64,000 bases of DNA from an uncultured virus (IMG/VR IMGVR_UViG_3300025534_000009) (lineage: Duplodnaviria; Heunggongvirae; Uroviricota; Caudoviricetes): the IMG/VR virus record IMGVR_UViG_3300025534_000009; one strand, written 5' to 3'. The position numbers and the translations under genes are program-made. Below the pieces are notes generated by a model that did no database searches, was not told where the DNA came from, and saw only the letters and a list, made by a program, of their open reading frames with translations. Below, in pieces: positions 17,161 to 27,038 of the stretch (its first letter is position 1; every line of letters starts with the position of its first letter).

Positions 17161-19020
17161 GTGAGATTCGATAGCGTTGCCAAGGAAATATTCCAAATTC
17201 TGCGATCCTTTGATTATGAAGTCCTCATGTTCGATGAGGAGCACAACGAGGTGTATGAACCCGAGCTCGCAAGACGGTTCTTCGCCGCTCCGAAGAACAT
17301 GCTGGTTTCCATCGTAGATGCTGGCGAAGGTTCCTCGGTACGTCTCTATTTGTCGAAGTCCACGAAAGCTGCGTCTGTTCTCGGACTGATCAATTCTCTT
17401 CGGACAGTGGCATCGAAGTACAGTCTGATTTTCAACGTACGTGAGTACGAACGAACGCTAAGTCCTAAGGACTTTTCAACTCATTCATCAATCAATGAGA
17501 ATAAGGGGAACAATATGAAGTTTGCTAACGGCATGTACGGAACGTCGCGTTCGTCTTATCTCGTGATGGAGAACGCAAAGATCATTGTGCGTCACTCACG
17601 AAGGATTGACGAAAGCATCGCCGGTGCACGCACTCGTAACATTGGAAGCATTTTTGTCGAGAACAACGCCGGTGAGCGTATCCGGGTCCCGTCAACGCAT
17701 CTTGGACCGGCGAAGGCTCTGGCGAGCCACATCAATTTCGGCGGGTCATGGGCGGACCAGGTTGGTGAGCAGATCATCCGGATGGCCCGTGACTTCGATG
17801 CCCTGCGCCAGGCCTCCATTCGCCTCGGGAACATGCCCGTCAAGGAAAGTGCTCGCGAACTCCGTGATGCCATCCATGACTATCGCAAGGCGCTGATGGA
17901 GAACTTCGTTCGCTTCTGCCACAAGCGCACTTACAAGGACGCCTGCTCTTTCGCGGTCGATCTGCGCCCGCTGCGCGAGTCCGCCAAGGCCCTTGAGAGT
18001 GAGATCGAGAAGATGGGCCTTCGCCTTCCCAAGCGTCTCATCGAGAGCGCGGCCGTCGCTCTTGAACAGTCCCGACATGGCCGCAAACTGCCGAGCGAGC
18101 GCAACCTTGAACTCATTTCGGTCTTGGGCCGCCCGGTCAACAAGCCGGTCTGGGAGGCGTTCAAACGTGGCCAAATCGAGCTGATCGGCAGGCCGAACCT
18201 CAACAATATGCCTCGTTTCACAAACCCGGTTGCGCGCCTCGCCTACAAACTGCGCCAGGTCGTGGCCGTCGTGAAGGATGACTCCCTGACGAACCTACTG
18301 TCGTTCGTGGCGGATGAGCTGGTCGAGCGGACCATCACGAGCGTCTCTCCTCGCCAGCTTCAGATTGTTGCCCTTCAGGCCCTGAAGGCAGCTGGCGTTC
18401 CGATCCAGGAGGGCAGGGAGCTGCGCAAGGCAAAGGCCATGCGCGAGTTCTACGAGTGGGCTGCAACCTTCCATCCGGACGTTGTCCTTGAGTATGACCG
18501 CTTCAGCGGCCGACTGCCCGATACGTCCCGCTATGACCATGCCGTGGCCGAGATCGTCGGTGATTTCGACTACGAGGATTTCATGGCGTCCGACGCAGCA
18601 AGCGAGTTCTTTTATTCCGATCTCGACAAGCTGACGGACGAGGAAAAGACGATCTCCCAGAAGGAAATTCAGGACGCCATCGAGACCTACATCGAGGATC
18701 AGGCGGCCCGTTACTACGGCATGATCGGCATCAACGTCTCCCATGAGGCCAAGTCGCTGATGAGATACGTCACCGACCGGATGCGCAAGGACGGCTACAT
18801 CATCGAGATCGACGAGCACTGCGGCGTCTGCCCGGAGGACCGGCGCAGGTCGCTCCATGATGACGTGACCCACGAGGATGTGCTTCTGCCCAAGGACAAG
18901 GGTGAGGATTTCAAGCGTGAGGTGGCGGCAAAGACTGTGCGCGATCCGCACACTGGCAAGAAAACGGTTCCTGACCAGGACTATGTCGCCCGACTTCAGT
19001 CCCTGGCTGGCGTGAAGTGA
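17161..19020 (+). CDS. Conserved jumbo-phage virion protein upstream of SSB
   Basis: TATAAATA promoter; GTSRSSY, RNI.SIFVEN..GER and A.H...GG...D..G motifs; ends RLQSLAGVK. Confidence 0.75.
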   Translation: MRFDSVAKEIFQILRSFDYEVLMFDEEHNEVYEPELARRFFAAPKNMLVSIVDAGEGSSVRLYLSKSTKAASVLGLINSLRTVASKYSLIFNVREYERTLSPKDFSTHSSINENKGNNMKFANGMYGTSRSSYLVMENAKIIVRHSRRIDESIAGARTRNIGSIFVENNAGERIRVPSTHLGPAKALASHINFGGSWADQVGEQIIRMARDFDALRQASIRLGNMPVKESARELRDAIHDYRKALMENFVRFCHKRTYKDACSFAVDLRPLRESAKALESEIEKMGLRLPKRLIESAAVALEQSRHGRKLPSERNLELISVLGRPVNKPVWEAFKRGQIELIGRPNLNNMPRFTNPVARLAYKLRQVVAVVKDDSLTNLLSFVADELVERTITSVSPRQLQIVALQALKAAGVPIQEGRELRKAKAMREFYEWAATFHPDVVLEYDRFSGRLPDTSRYDHAVAEIVGDFDYEDFMASDAASEFFYSDLDKLTDEEKTISQKEIQDAIETYIEDQAARYYGMIGINVSHEAKSLMRYVTDRMRKDGYIIEIDEHCGVCPEDRRRSLHDDVTHEDVLLPKDKGEDFKREVAAKTVRDPHTGKKTVPDQDYVARLQSLAGVK

Positions 19021-19025
19021 TTTAG

Positions 19026-19051
19026 AAAAGCGGGCGTTGAGCCCGCTTTTT
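19026..19051 (+). terminator. Rho-independent terminator
   Basis: AAAAGCGGGC-GTTGA-GCCCGCTTTTT. Confidence 0.8.
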
Positions 19052-19232
19052 AATTTGGTCCAATCTCATCAGAATCGTATAGTGGGGACATACTGGCAGG
19101 CGCGGTGGAATAAGCATCTATCTTCCACAACGGAAATAATTTTGCAGTTCGTGTCGCCCTTCCTGTATAAATAGAGTGTCTGCTGATTTGCAGACGGCTT
19201 CGATTTTAGGTTATATTGAAAGGCAAATATTT

Positions 19233-20237
19233 ATGGCAATCGATATTTCAGAAGTTCGTGCTAGGCTCCTTGCTTCCAAGCAGCGTGACCGTCAGTCTTC
19301 CAGCGGTGGTGACAACGCCTCGTATCCCTTCTGGGACATTCCTTTCGACTCCACCGCAACCGTCCGCTTCCTTCCCGACGGTGATCCCAACAATCCGTTC
19401 TGCTGGGTTGAACGTCTGGTCATCAAGCTCCCGTTCGCTGGTATCGTTGGCAGCGATAACGACACTGATCGCGAGATCACCGTGACCGTGCCGTGCGTCG
19501 AGATGTTCGGTATGACGTGCCCGATCATTTCCGGCACGCGGGACCTCTGGAAAGACGACAGCACCAAGGAGATTGCGCGCAAGTACTGGAAGAAGCGCAG
19601 CTATCTCATGCAGGGCTTCGTCATCGACTCCCCGATCAACGAGACGAACCCTCCGGAGAATCCGATCCGTCGCTTCGTGATCAATCCGACCCTCTTCGAG
19701 GTCATTGAGAAGGCCATTCTCGACCCCGACCTGACGGATGTTCCGTACGACTATGTCGGTGGACGCGACTTCCGTATTACGAAGACCCGCAAGGGCGAGT
19801 GGGCCAATTACTCGTCGTCCTCGTTTTCGATGAAGACCCGCTCTCTCAACGAGACCGAACTGATGGCCATCGAGAAGTATGGCCTGTTCAATCTCAAGGA
19901 GTTCCTCGGTCGCGTCCCCGACAGCGACGAACTCGCCGCTCTGAAGGCGATGCTGGATGCGTCTCTGCGTGGCGAACCCTATGACTACGCGTCGTTCGGC
20001 AAGTACTACAAGCCGTTCTCCCGTGGCGGTTCCGACGCCTCGATCAGCGAGGCTGGTGCCCGCCAGGTCGCGGAGACGGTCCCTGCCAAGCCTGTCACTT
20101 CCGAAACGCATGGGGGTGAACCGGCCTTCCAGGCTTCCCTGTCGCCTGCCACCGTGGCTGCGGCGCCGGTCACTACCGGCAAGCCCGATCCTCGCGAGAT
20201 CATCGAGCGCATCCGCCAGCGCACTGCGGCTCAGTAA
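19233..20237 (+). CDS. Single-stranded DNA-binding protein (T4 gp32-like)
   Basis: VRFLPD, PC.E.....CPI, YWKKRSY, GRDF.I.K..KG.WANY..S.F. Confidence 0.88.
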   Translation: MAIDISEVRARLLASKQRDRQSSSGGDNASYPFWDIPFDSTATVRFLPDGDPNNPFCWVERLVIKLPFAGIVGSDNDTDREITVTVPCVEMFGMTCPIISGTRDLWKDDSTKEIARKYWKKRSYLMQGFVIDSPINETNPPENPIRRFVINPTLFEVIEKAILDPDLTDVPYDYVGGRDFRITKTRKGEWANYSSSSFSMKTRSLNETELMAIEKYGLFNLKEFLGRVPDSDELAALKAMLDASLRGEPYDYASFGKYYKPFSRGGSDASISEAGARQVAETVPAKPVTSETHGGEPAFQASLSPATVAAAPVTTGKPDPREIIERIRQRTAAQ

Positions 20238-20312
20238 TCGAACAGGCCGTGTTGGTTTAATCCGCCGCCCTCGGGCGGCGGATTCGATATCAAGCTATTC
20301 TTGAAAGGAAAT

Positions 20313-21383
20313 ATGAAGACTTTCGATCTTACGAGGTTTAGAAAGAGCGCCCTCAAGAAGAGGATGGTTGAGGGGTTTCACGATCCGGATATTTGGATTG
20401 ATACCGGTAACTATGCGCTTAACTACATGATATCGAATTCCTTCTACAAGGGAGTTCCGATGGGCAAAGTCTCGTGCTTTGCCGGTGAATCCGGATCAGG
20501 AAAATCCTACATCGTATCCGGAAACATCGTCCGCAACGCCCAGAAGATGGGCATCCTGCCGGTCATCCTGGACTCGGAGTTCGCGCTGGACGAGAAGTGG
20601 CTGAAGCGTCTTGGCGTTGATACCAGCCCCGAAAAGCTGATGCGTTTCCCTGTGTCGCTGGTTGATGAGTGTGCCACGCTGATCAGTGACTTCATGGATC
20701 AATACTTGGAGGAATACAAGGACATCCCGGAAGAGGAACGTCAGGGCGTCCTGTTCATCATCGACTCTCTTGGCATGCTCTCCACACCCAGCGAGGCCGA
20801 GCAGTTCCAGAAGGGCGACATGAAGGGCGACATGGGCCGCAAGGCCAAGCAGCTCAAGGCCCTCGTGACGCAATGCCTCAAGCTCTTCGGTCCGCACAAG
20901 ATTGGCCTTGTGGCGACGAACCACACCTACCGGTCGCAGGACATGTTCAACCCTGAAGACGTGATCTCCGGTGGTTCGGGTTTCATCTTCGCGTCGAGCA
21001 TCATTGTCTCAATGAACAAGCTCAAGCTGAAGGTTAACGTCGAGGGCGAGAAAGTCTCCGAGGTTCTCGGCATCCGCTCGAAAATTCGATGCGTGAAGAG
21101 CCGATACGCCAAGCCGTTCGAGGAGGTGGAGGTTCACATCCCCTATGACACCGGCATGGACCCGTACTCCGGTCTCGTGGACCTGTTCGAGAAGAGGGGT
21201 CTTTTGACCAAGTCTGGCAACTTCCTCGAATACGTCGATGCCAATGGTGAGGTGCACAAGGCCTATCGCAAGGACTGGCTCACCAACCATGAGAAGCTAA
21301 AGATGATCATGGACGACGTCGAGGCAAGGAACGAGACGGCCGAGGGCGTGGATGAAACGCCTGTTGAATTCGAGCAGATTTAA
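20313..21383 (+). CDS. uvsX: RecA-like recombinase UvsX
   Basis: IDTG.YALN, AGESGSGKS, DSE.A, IIDSLG, TNHTY, SGG.G. Confidence 0.93.
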   Translation: MKTFDLTRFRKSALKKRMVEGFHDPDIWIDTGNYALNYMISNSFYKGVPMGKVSCFAGESGSGKSYIVSGNIVRNAQKMGILPVILDSEFALDEKWLKRLGVDTSPEKLMRFPVSLVDECATLISDFMDQYLEEYKDIPEEERQGVLFIIDSLGMLSTPSEAEQFQKGDMKGDMGRKAKQLKALVTQCLKLFGPHKIGLVATNHTYRSQDMFNPEDVISGGSGFIFASSIIVSMNKLKLKVNVEGEKVSEVLGIRSKIRCVKSRYAKPFEEVEVHIPYDTGMDPYSGLVDLFEKRGLLTKSGNFLEYVDANGEVHKAYRKDWLTNHEKLKMIMDDVEARNETAEGVDETPVEFEQI

Positions 21384-21394
21384 ATGGATTTCTG

Positions 21395-21631
21395 ATGACG
21401 AGTGAAAGCAAGCTTATTTTGGAACTCTGGGAGCTTGTCAGGCACGACATTCCAGCTTCTTCCCGCGCCAGTGTCGCGCACTCGATGATGGCTCTGTTCT
21501 ACGAATACGGATTTGAAGCCCGTGATGTGGCGGATGTCGTCGAAGAGGATCAGGTTCTCGGGAAGGCGTATTTCGAGGTCTTCGAAGGCGAGGACGACCA
21601 GGAGCTGGAAGACGACGATTATTACAACTGA
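21395..21631 (+). CDS. Small acidic protein
   Basis: ORF between uvsX and uvsY with an acidic tail. Confidence 0.7.
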   Translation: MTSESKLILELWELVRHDIPASSRASVAHSMMALFYEYGFEARDVADVVEEDQVLGKAYFEVFEGEDDQELEDDDYYN

Positions 21632-21636
21632 CTGTC

Positions 21637-22110
21637 ATGACTTGGTATAACAGAATTGTTCAAGCAGGGGCGAAGGGAGATTGGTCGGTTCTTGCGGAGG
21701 CCTTCGAGCACTTTCATAGGGAGTACGAGGAGGCGAAGAGGGAGCTCCGGCCGGAGGGACGCATCTGGGATGCCGCCAAGATGCTTCCATATCTCAACGT
21801 CCATCGCTACGAGCAATGGAAGGAGCTGGAGGCGATCCACGACTGGATCGAGCTGCAAGCCCTCAGGAAATATACCGAGAAGTTCGCGGCCTACTCTGAA
21901 CACTACAAGGGTCGCGCCATGACGGAGAACGGTGCCAAGCGTCTGGCTGAAGGCGATCCCGAGCATATCACACTCAAGGAGCTTGCCAGGGAGGTGAAGC
22001 TTCTCATGGACAAGTTCGCCGGGATCACCAAGGGGCTCGATCAGGCCCATTTTCAGATTGGCAATCTGATCAAATTGCGGGCCGCAGGCATCGAGGATGC
22101 GGAGTTTTGA
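21637..22110 (+). CDS. uvsY: Recombination mediator (UvsY-like)
   Basis: Helical protein; GI.KGLD...FQI.N.IKLR.AG.ED C-terminus; position after uvsX. Confidence 0.75.
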   Translation: MTWYNRIVQAGAKGDWSVLAEAFEHFHREYEEAKRELRPEGRIWDAAKMLPYLNVHRYEQWKELEAIHDWIELQALRKYTEKFAAYSEHYKGRAMTENGAKRLAEGDPEHITLKELAREVKLLMDKFAGITKGLDQAHFQIGNLIKLRAAGIEDAEF

Positions 22111-22116
22111 AGAGGG

Positions 22117-22140
22117 GAGGGGCGCTTCGGCGCCCCTTTT
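22117..22140 (+). terminator. Rho-independent terminator
   Basis: AGGGGCGC-TTCG-GCGCCCCTTTT. Confidence 0.8.
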
Positions 22141-22402
22141 CGACGATTGACAATATTTTTTCGTTGACGAAAAACGAAAACATGTCTTAATTGAGCCATA
22201 AGTCATTCATGTGGGGATCGATTATGGCTCTCGGAGATTATAGCCGCAGTCGTATTGCTGCGCTTTTCGGTCGAAACATTCGTAACGAGCCTGCTTACGG
22301 TATCTGTAAACATCGGTTCTTCAAGGCCTTGGTCGCGTGAGCCTGGAGAGGCCCGGCATTGGGTCTCCAATCTTCACCGAGCAATTACCGGAGGATGGGT
22401 TC

Positions 22403-22951
22403 ATGGACGAGAAGCACAAGCCGACTGAGAAAGCGCGCAACGCCTATGCGTCGATGGTTTTCCTGGTCGAAGCGACGAAACTCGTGAGGGATATCCAACT
22501 GATCGTTCTCGATCAGCTTAAAGATTATGATGCTGTGGCGATGGCGCATCGCGTCCTCGATCTTGAGGATCGCATCGAAAGCTTTGACACGCATATCCAG
22601 CGCATCCTCCGTTCCTGCCACCGGAAGCTTCCGAACGAGTCTTCGAGCTACGATTACTGGATTTACAGGCTTCGTCGGGAGCGGAAGGAGCGGCAGAAAG
22701 ACTCCGCTGAGGCCAGTTCACATGTGAAATGGTCACTGACAGGGGAGAACAAGACGGACGAGGACCTACTTCTCGCGCGACAGCTCGCAGGAAAGATCGT
22801 CAGCGATCTGACCTACGACGAGTTCGTGATTTTCGAGCGCCTCTTGGAGAAGGGGCTCGTCGAGCGGGCCTTTGACGGACCATTCGGCTTGTACGGGGTC
22901 GCAACGATTGGCCTTACGAGCCGATACCACGAGGAAATGAAGGAGCATTAG
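22403..22951 (+). CDS. Hypothetical protein
   Basis: ORF with GGAGG upstream. Confidence 0.6.
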   Translation: MDEKHKPTEKARNAYASMVFLVEATKLVRDIQLIVLDQLKDYDAVAMAHRVLDLEDRIESFDTHIQRILRSCHRKLPNESSSYDYWIYRLRRERKERQKDSAEASSHVKWSLTGENKTDEDLLLARQLAGKIVSDLTYDEFVIFERLLEKGLVERAFDGPFGLYGVATIGLTSRYHEEMKEH

Positions 22952-23231
22952 TGCCGCAGCGCGTGGCGGTTGGTCACAGCAGCGGCGGTGAGTTTGAGGA
23001 ACCTGAGGACCGTCCGCTCACGCTATGACCTGGCCTCGCGCCGCCCGGATGGATATGCATGGGTCGGCTGGTCTGGTACCACGCAGCTTTCACTGGCTCT
23101 CCCGGCTTATGCACTTGGGGACGACAATGGAGCCCTGAGGTTGTATCAGCGGCAACAGGTCGTCGCCCGTTGGGTGAGCTGTTCGATAGACTCCCTTGAA
23201 AAGCAGGTCGCCTGAGGCGAGAAAGGCAAAA

Positions 23232-23633
23232 ATGTTTGGCATCCTCTACACGATCCAGCCCAGTGGTGAACAGAGCGTCGATTTCCTCGCAACGCACGCT
23301 GACATCGACCTGCTTCAGCAGCGCGTGGGTGGTCTGGTCGAGGTCATCCCGTACTTTGATACCGTCAAGATCGAGCAGGTCCCCCAGGCTCCTGATGATG
23401 CCTACCTCAGCCTGCTGAAGCGGGCATCCGAGAAGCCTGTTCGATGCGTTGCATTCTGTAACGAGGAGGGCAAGCTTAAAGGGCTTGGCTACAATGAGCT
23501 GGCGACAAGGCTTTGGGTGGTGAACCTCGGTGTTGTCCGGCCCAATGACGACGGCGATGTTATGCTCGATGACGTTCTTGTGGGACCCGTCGTGATCGCA
23601 TTTGGCGATGATGAGTTCCTGGAAAGCCTCTGA
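23232..23633 (+). CDS. DUF3846-like protein
   Basis: LQ..VGG.VE, NEEGKL.GL..N..AT, D.LVGPVV. Confidence 0.8.
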   Translation: MFGILYTIQPSGEQSVDFLATHADIDLLQQRVGGLVEVIPYFDTVKIEQVPQAPDDAYLSLLKRASEKPVRCVAFCNEEGKLKGLGYNELATRLWVVNLGVVRPNDDGDVMLDDVLVGPVVIAFGDDEFLESL

Positions 23634-23640
23634 GGGTCAC

Positions 23641-24210
23641 ATGCTCCTTTCCATCGGGGGAAGGCTCCCCAACTACCGACCTCTGAGCGAGGAGGGTGCA
23701 CAGTTCTACCACAACTACGCGGGTCAGCCTTTCCTGATGCTGTTCTACGACGGCATCACCCAGGAAGAGATCGACGCGATCCGGACCGGCAAGGTGCGAC
23801 TCGCGCTCATCCCCGTCGGGGAGCACACCATCATCCTGGCCTACTCCATCGAGGGCTTCACGGTGGGGTGGTCCGAGGCCATCTTCGCCATGGGGCGGGT
23901 GCATCCCGACAATCGACCATACGAGCACGTCCCAGACGGCGAGGGATGGCTCCTGTCGATCCTTCTCGTCGAGCGATCAACCGGCATCATCAAGTCCATG
24001 CGTGCCGGGACCATGACCCCTCTGATGACCAAGAGGCTCCAGGCTGCGCTCGACCGCCTGACCGAGAACGTGGGTTCCTTTACCGACGAGAAGCACATGG
24101 CCGAAATCCGGACCATGTACGCCCGCTACCCCGATATCGGCAAAATGGTGCGCCAGGAGTCCACGGTCATGGAGACGATGGGGCGTCCATTCCCGAAAAA
24201 GGATATTTGA
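23641..24210 (+). CDS. Hypothetical protein
   Basis: GAGG RBS, operonic, codon bias. Confidence 0.7.
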   Translation: MLLSIGGRLPNYRPLSEEGAQFYHNYAGQPFLMLFYDGITQEEIDAIRTGKVRLALIPVGEHTIILAYSIEGFTVGWSEAIFAMGRVHPDNRPYEHVPDGEGWLLSILLVERSTGIIKSMRAGTMTPLMTKRLQAALDRLTENVGSFTDEKHMAEIRTMYARYPDIGKMVRQESTVMETMGRPFPKKDI

Positions 24211-24311
24211 ACAAAATCAATCACTTATATGGTTAACCTCGCGCACATCAAGCGGCACTTGAACTTGCGGCTTGAATCTGAATCGTAGGATCAGAGGACG
24301 GCCGTAAGTCC

Positions 24312-25001
24312 ATGAAGGATAACGCAATGGAGAATTATAACCCGAAGCTGGAGCCGCCCGAGGGTGTCTATGGCATGTGTGCGGTGATCTACCCGGATCA
24401 GCTGCACTGGTCCGTCTATTACCTGCTCAACGCAACCAAGCCGCTGGGCGTTGAGACGCTTGCGAGAACGCGCGAGCTGCATCGGTCCATGACCTCCGGA
24501 CAGACAACATCCGAGCGCATGCGCACCAGCACGGTGATCGGGGAGGTTCCTGGGGTTGCCCCCGAGGACCAGCCGGTGATCGGCCTTCTCACTTCCTTGC
24601 TTGCCACCACGGCAGCGGAATCCAACCGCATGGCGTCCGTCTACGGACATGCACTCGCGGAGCTCACCGGGCAGAACTTCTTCATCGTCCGGGCTAGCGA
24701 TGCGAAGGAGGGCGTCTCCACCAAGTTCGAGCCCATCAGCGTCTTCGAGCTGGCGCTGCCGCTTCTGACCCAGGGCAAGAATGTCTACCAGGCCTTCGCT
24801 GACCGAGTGAACTCAGACCCGTCCGTCCTCACTATCATCGACCGGATCATGACCGCCATTAAGCGGGCTCCGCGATCCGTTCAGGAGCGGCTGGCGAGGG
24901 TAACGAAGGAGATGCAAATGGAAGGACGCTCCGACCCGCAGGAGCTCCTCCGCATTCTCAAGGAAGTTGATCCGGGGATAATGAAGAACGTCCGTCATTG
25001 A
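24312..25001 (+). CDS. Hypothetical protein
   Basis: 229-aa ORF with codon bias. Confidence 0.65.
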   Translation: MKDNAMENYNPKLEPPEGVYGMCAVIYPDQLHWSVYYLLNATKPLGVETLARTRELHRSMTSGQTTSERMRTSTVIGEVPGVAPEDQPVIGLLTSLLATTAAESNRMASVYGHALAELTGQNFFIVRASDAKEGVSTKFEPISVFELALPLLTQGKNVYQAFADRVNSDPSVLTIIDRIMTAIKRAPRSVQERLARVTKEMQMEGRSDPQELLRILKEVDPGIMKNVRH

Positions 25002-25145
25002 TATCAAGGAAGACGGATCGCGGAAAGATAATGAGTATTATTGGAACCGCCTTCGGATCGTATATTTCTTGCGCTCATTCGACGAGCGCGATAATATGCT
25101 CGTCTATTTATCGAGAACATTTTAACGCGCGCCGGGGAATTACAT

Positions 25146-25733
25146 ATGGGCCGTCGTCTCAAGCTATCCGCCGATCGGACATTCTTCACGTCTGACACGC
25201 ATTTCAACCACGCCAACATCATTCGCTTCTGCAACCGTCCGTTCTCTTCCGTCGAGGAGATGGACGAGGCAATGATCAGCAACTGGAACGCAGTCGTTGG
25301 TCGCACGGACCTGGTCATCCATTGCGGGGACTTCGCCTTCGGCAGCCAGAGTCGGATTCAGGAGATCGCCGGACGCCTCAATGGCGAAATCATCTTGGTC
25401 CTCGGCAACCACGACAACCAGAGGGCACTCAGCAAGCTCTCCCGGTTTCACTCGGTGCATGATGACCTGGAGGTCGTGATCGACGGCGCCCTCGTCGTGC
25501 TCCATCACTACGCCAAACGCACCTGGAACAAGATGGGCTACGGTTCATACCACTTCTTCGGTCATAGCCACGGCAATCTGCCCCCGCTCGGGCGCTCGAT
25601 TGATGTCGGCGTGGACGTTTGGGGTTTCCGCCCGGTCAAGTTCCATGAAATCAAATCAAGGTTGGAGGAGCTGGCAGTCGAGGAGGGGGCCGGATTAAAA
25701 AACGCTGATTCCGCACAGCGGGAAGGCGTCTGA
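25146..25733 (+). CDS. Calcineurin-like metallophosphoesterase
   Basis: SDTHF.H, GDF, GNHD, GHSH motifs. Confidence 0.92.
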   Translation: MGRRLKLSADRTFFTSDTHFNHANIIRFCNRPFSSVEEMDEAMISNWNAVVGRTDLVIHCGDFAFGSQSRIQEIAGRLNGEIILVLGNHDNQRALSKLSRFHSVHDDLEVVIDGALVVLHHYAKRTWNKMGYGSYHFFGHSHGNLPPLGRSIDVGVDVWGFRPVKFHEIKSRLEELAVEEGAGLKNADSAQREGV

Positions 25734-25752
25734 AAAAAACACAGGGGAAAAC

Positions 25753-25839
25753 ATGAGTATATCGCTCTGGCATTTGCTCGTGATTTTGGTCCTCGTGGGT
25801 CTGGTCGTTTGGATTGTGAGGCTGATATTCTTCAAATAG
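25753..25839 (+). CDS. 28-aa single-TM peptide
   Basis: AGGGG RBS; MSISLWHLLVILVLVGLVVWIVRLIFFK. Confidence 0.55.
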   Translation: MSISLWHLLVILVLVGLVVWIVRLIFFK

Positions 25840-26096
25840 TGTAATGCTGGCGGCGCACGCCTAGCGGCTTCATGCCCTGAAAGCGCTACGGGCACAACCC
25901 GAGCGCTTTCAGGAATACCTCTGCCGAGAAATTCGGAATACTACCATCTGGGATGACAGCCCGAGTACGTGATTGATGATGAAGAAATGTTGACGGCAGG
26001 CATGCCGCTATGTAATAAACGACGAGCATAGTTCTCTGGAAGAGTTATTGCGAGAGCATCTCGGGATTCCTTTAATTCCGGGCGAGGGGTTTGGAA

Positions 26097-26416
26097 TGAT
26101 CTATACGACCAGTACGGGCTATCAGGTTCATTCGATCTATATGATCAAGAACGAGATCAAGCTCGATTACTGGTTCGACACCGAAAACCGGTTCAAGCAG
26201 TGCTTTAGGGACATCATCGAGCGTTGTGCAAACGACAAGACGGCTGCCATCAGGACCGTCCTGCCTCACTCCATCCCCTTCGATGGCATCGATCTGCCGT
26301 CCGAGTGGCTCTACGAGAACGTGCAGAGGGCGTGGGTCGGTGTCCCCAACGGGAACAGCTGGATCGTGTTCTTCGACGACGAGGCGGATGCATTGGCGTT
26401 CCGCATGACGTTCTGA
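26097..26416 (+). CDS. Small phage protein of the 'F.D...A..F.M.F' family
   Basis: C-terminus FFDDEADALAFRMTF. Confidence 0.6.
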
Positions 26417-26438
26417 TAGGCGCTTCAGAGGACTGTCT

Positions 26439-26469
26439 AGGCCCTTGGGTTTCACCCAGGGGCTTTTTT
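26439..26469 (+). terminator. Rho-independent terminator
   Basis: GCCCTTGGGT-TTC-ACCCAGGGGC followed by a T run. Confidence 0.7.
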
Positions 26470-26555
26470 CTTGGCTCGATGGCGGTTAATTGCCAATATT
26501 TACAGGGGTTTATCACGAATTAATAGTCGAGCAACAGAATGAGGCTCGACGGGCT

Positions 26556-27038
26556 ATGGCAGTAAGATTTAGCGGGCTGCGCGATGGCGTAGTTCGAGGA
26601 ATTATTATTAGAAAAGGGGAGGTTGGTCTCCCCACCGACCCGGAAGAACCGGAAGTCCCGACGAATCCACTCGCTTGGATTACGCCCCAGGGGTCCCTTG
26701 GTGCTTATGAAGAGCGCACGAGCGTGACGATCTACCTTGAGGTCGTCGATCCATACGATCGGGTTAATTCGTTCTCGATCATTTCCGGTGGCCTTCCGGA
26801 TGGTCTGGAAATGAACCCGTACACCGGGATCATTACCGGGACGATTTCATCCGTCCCCCAGGACCACACGTTCACGTTCACCGTGCTCGTGCGCGATGAG
26901 CTCGGCGACGAACTCACAGGCACCTTCAGCATATCGGTGATCAATGTGCCGCAGGTGCAGTGGATCACTCCTGCCGGTCTTATCGGGGAGGTCGGTCTTG
27001 GGTCGGATTTTGAAGCTCAACTTGTTGCGGAGGCCTAA
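26556..27038 (+). CDS. Putative-Ig (He_PIG-like) fibre protein 1: one full Ig domain plus the first strands of a second
   Basis: WITP.G.LG...SGGLP.GL....TG.I.GT...FTFTV...D...TFSI; ends QWITPAGLIG...QLVAEA. Confidence 0.8.
   Translation: MAVRFSGLRDGVVRGIIIRKGEVGLPTDPEEPEVPTNPLAWITPQGSLGAYEERTSVTIYLEVVDPYDRVNSFSIISGGLPDGLEMNPYTGIITGTISSVPQDHTFTFTVLVRDELGDELTGTFSISVINVPQVQWITPAGLIGEVGLGSDFEAQLVAEA

Noticed and set aside
19248..20111. Long antisense ORFs (also 27035-28126, 35702-36691, 51586-52371)
   Set aside because: Shadow ORFs opposite well-supported genes, expected from GC-rich codon bias.
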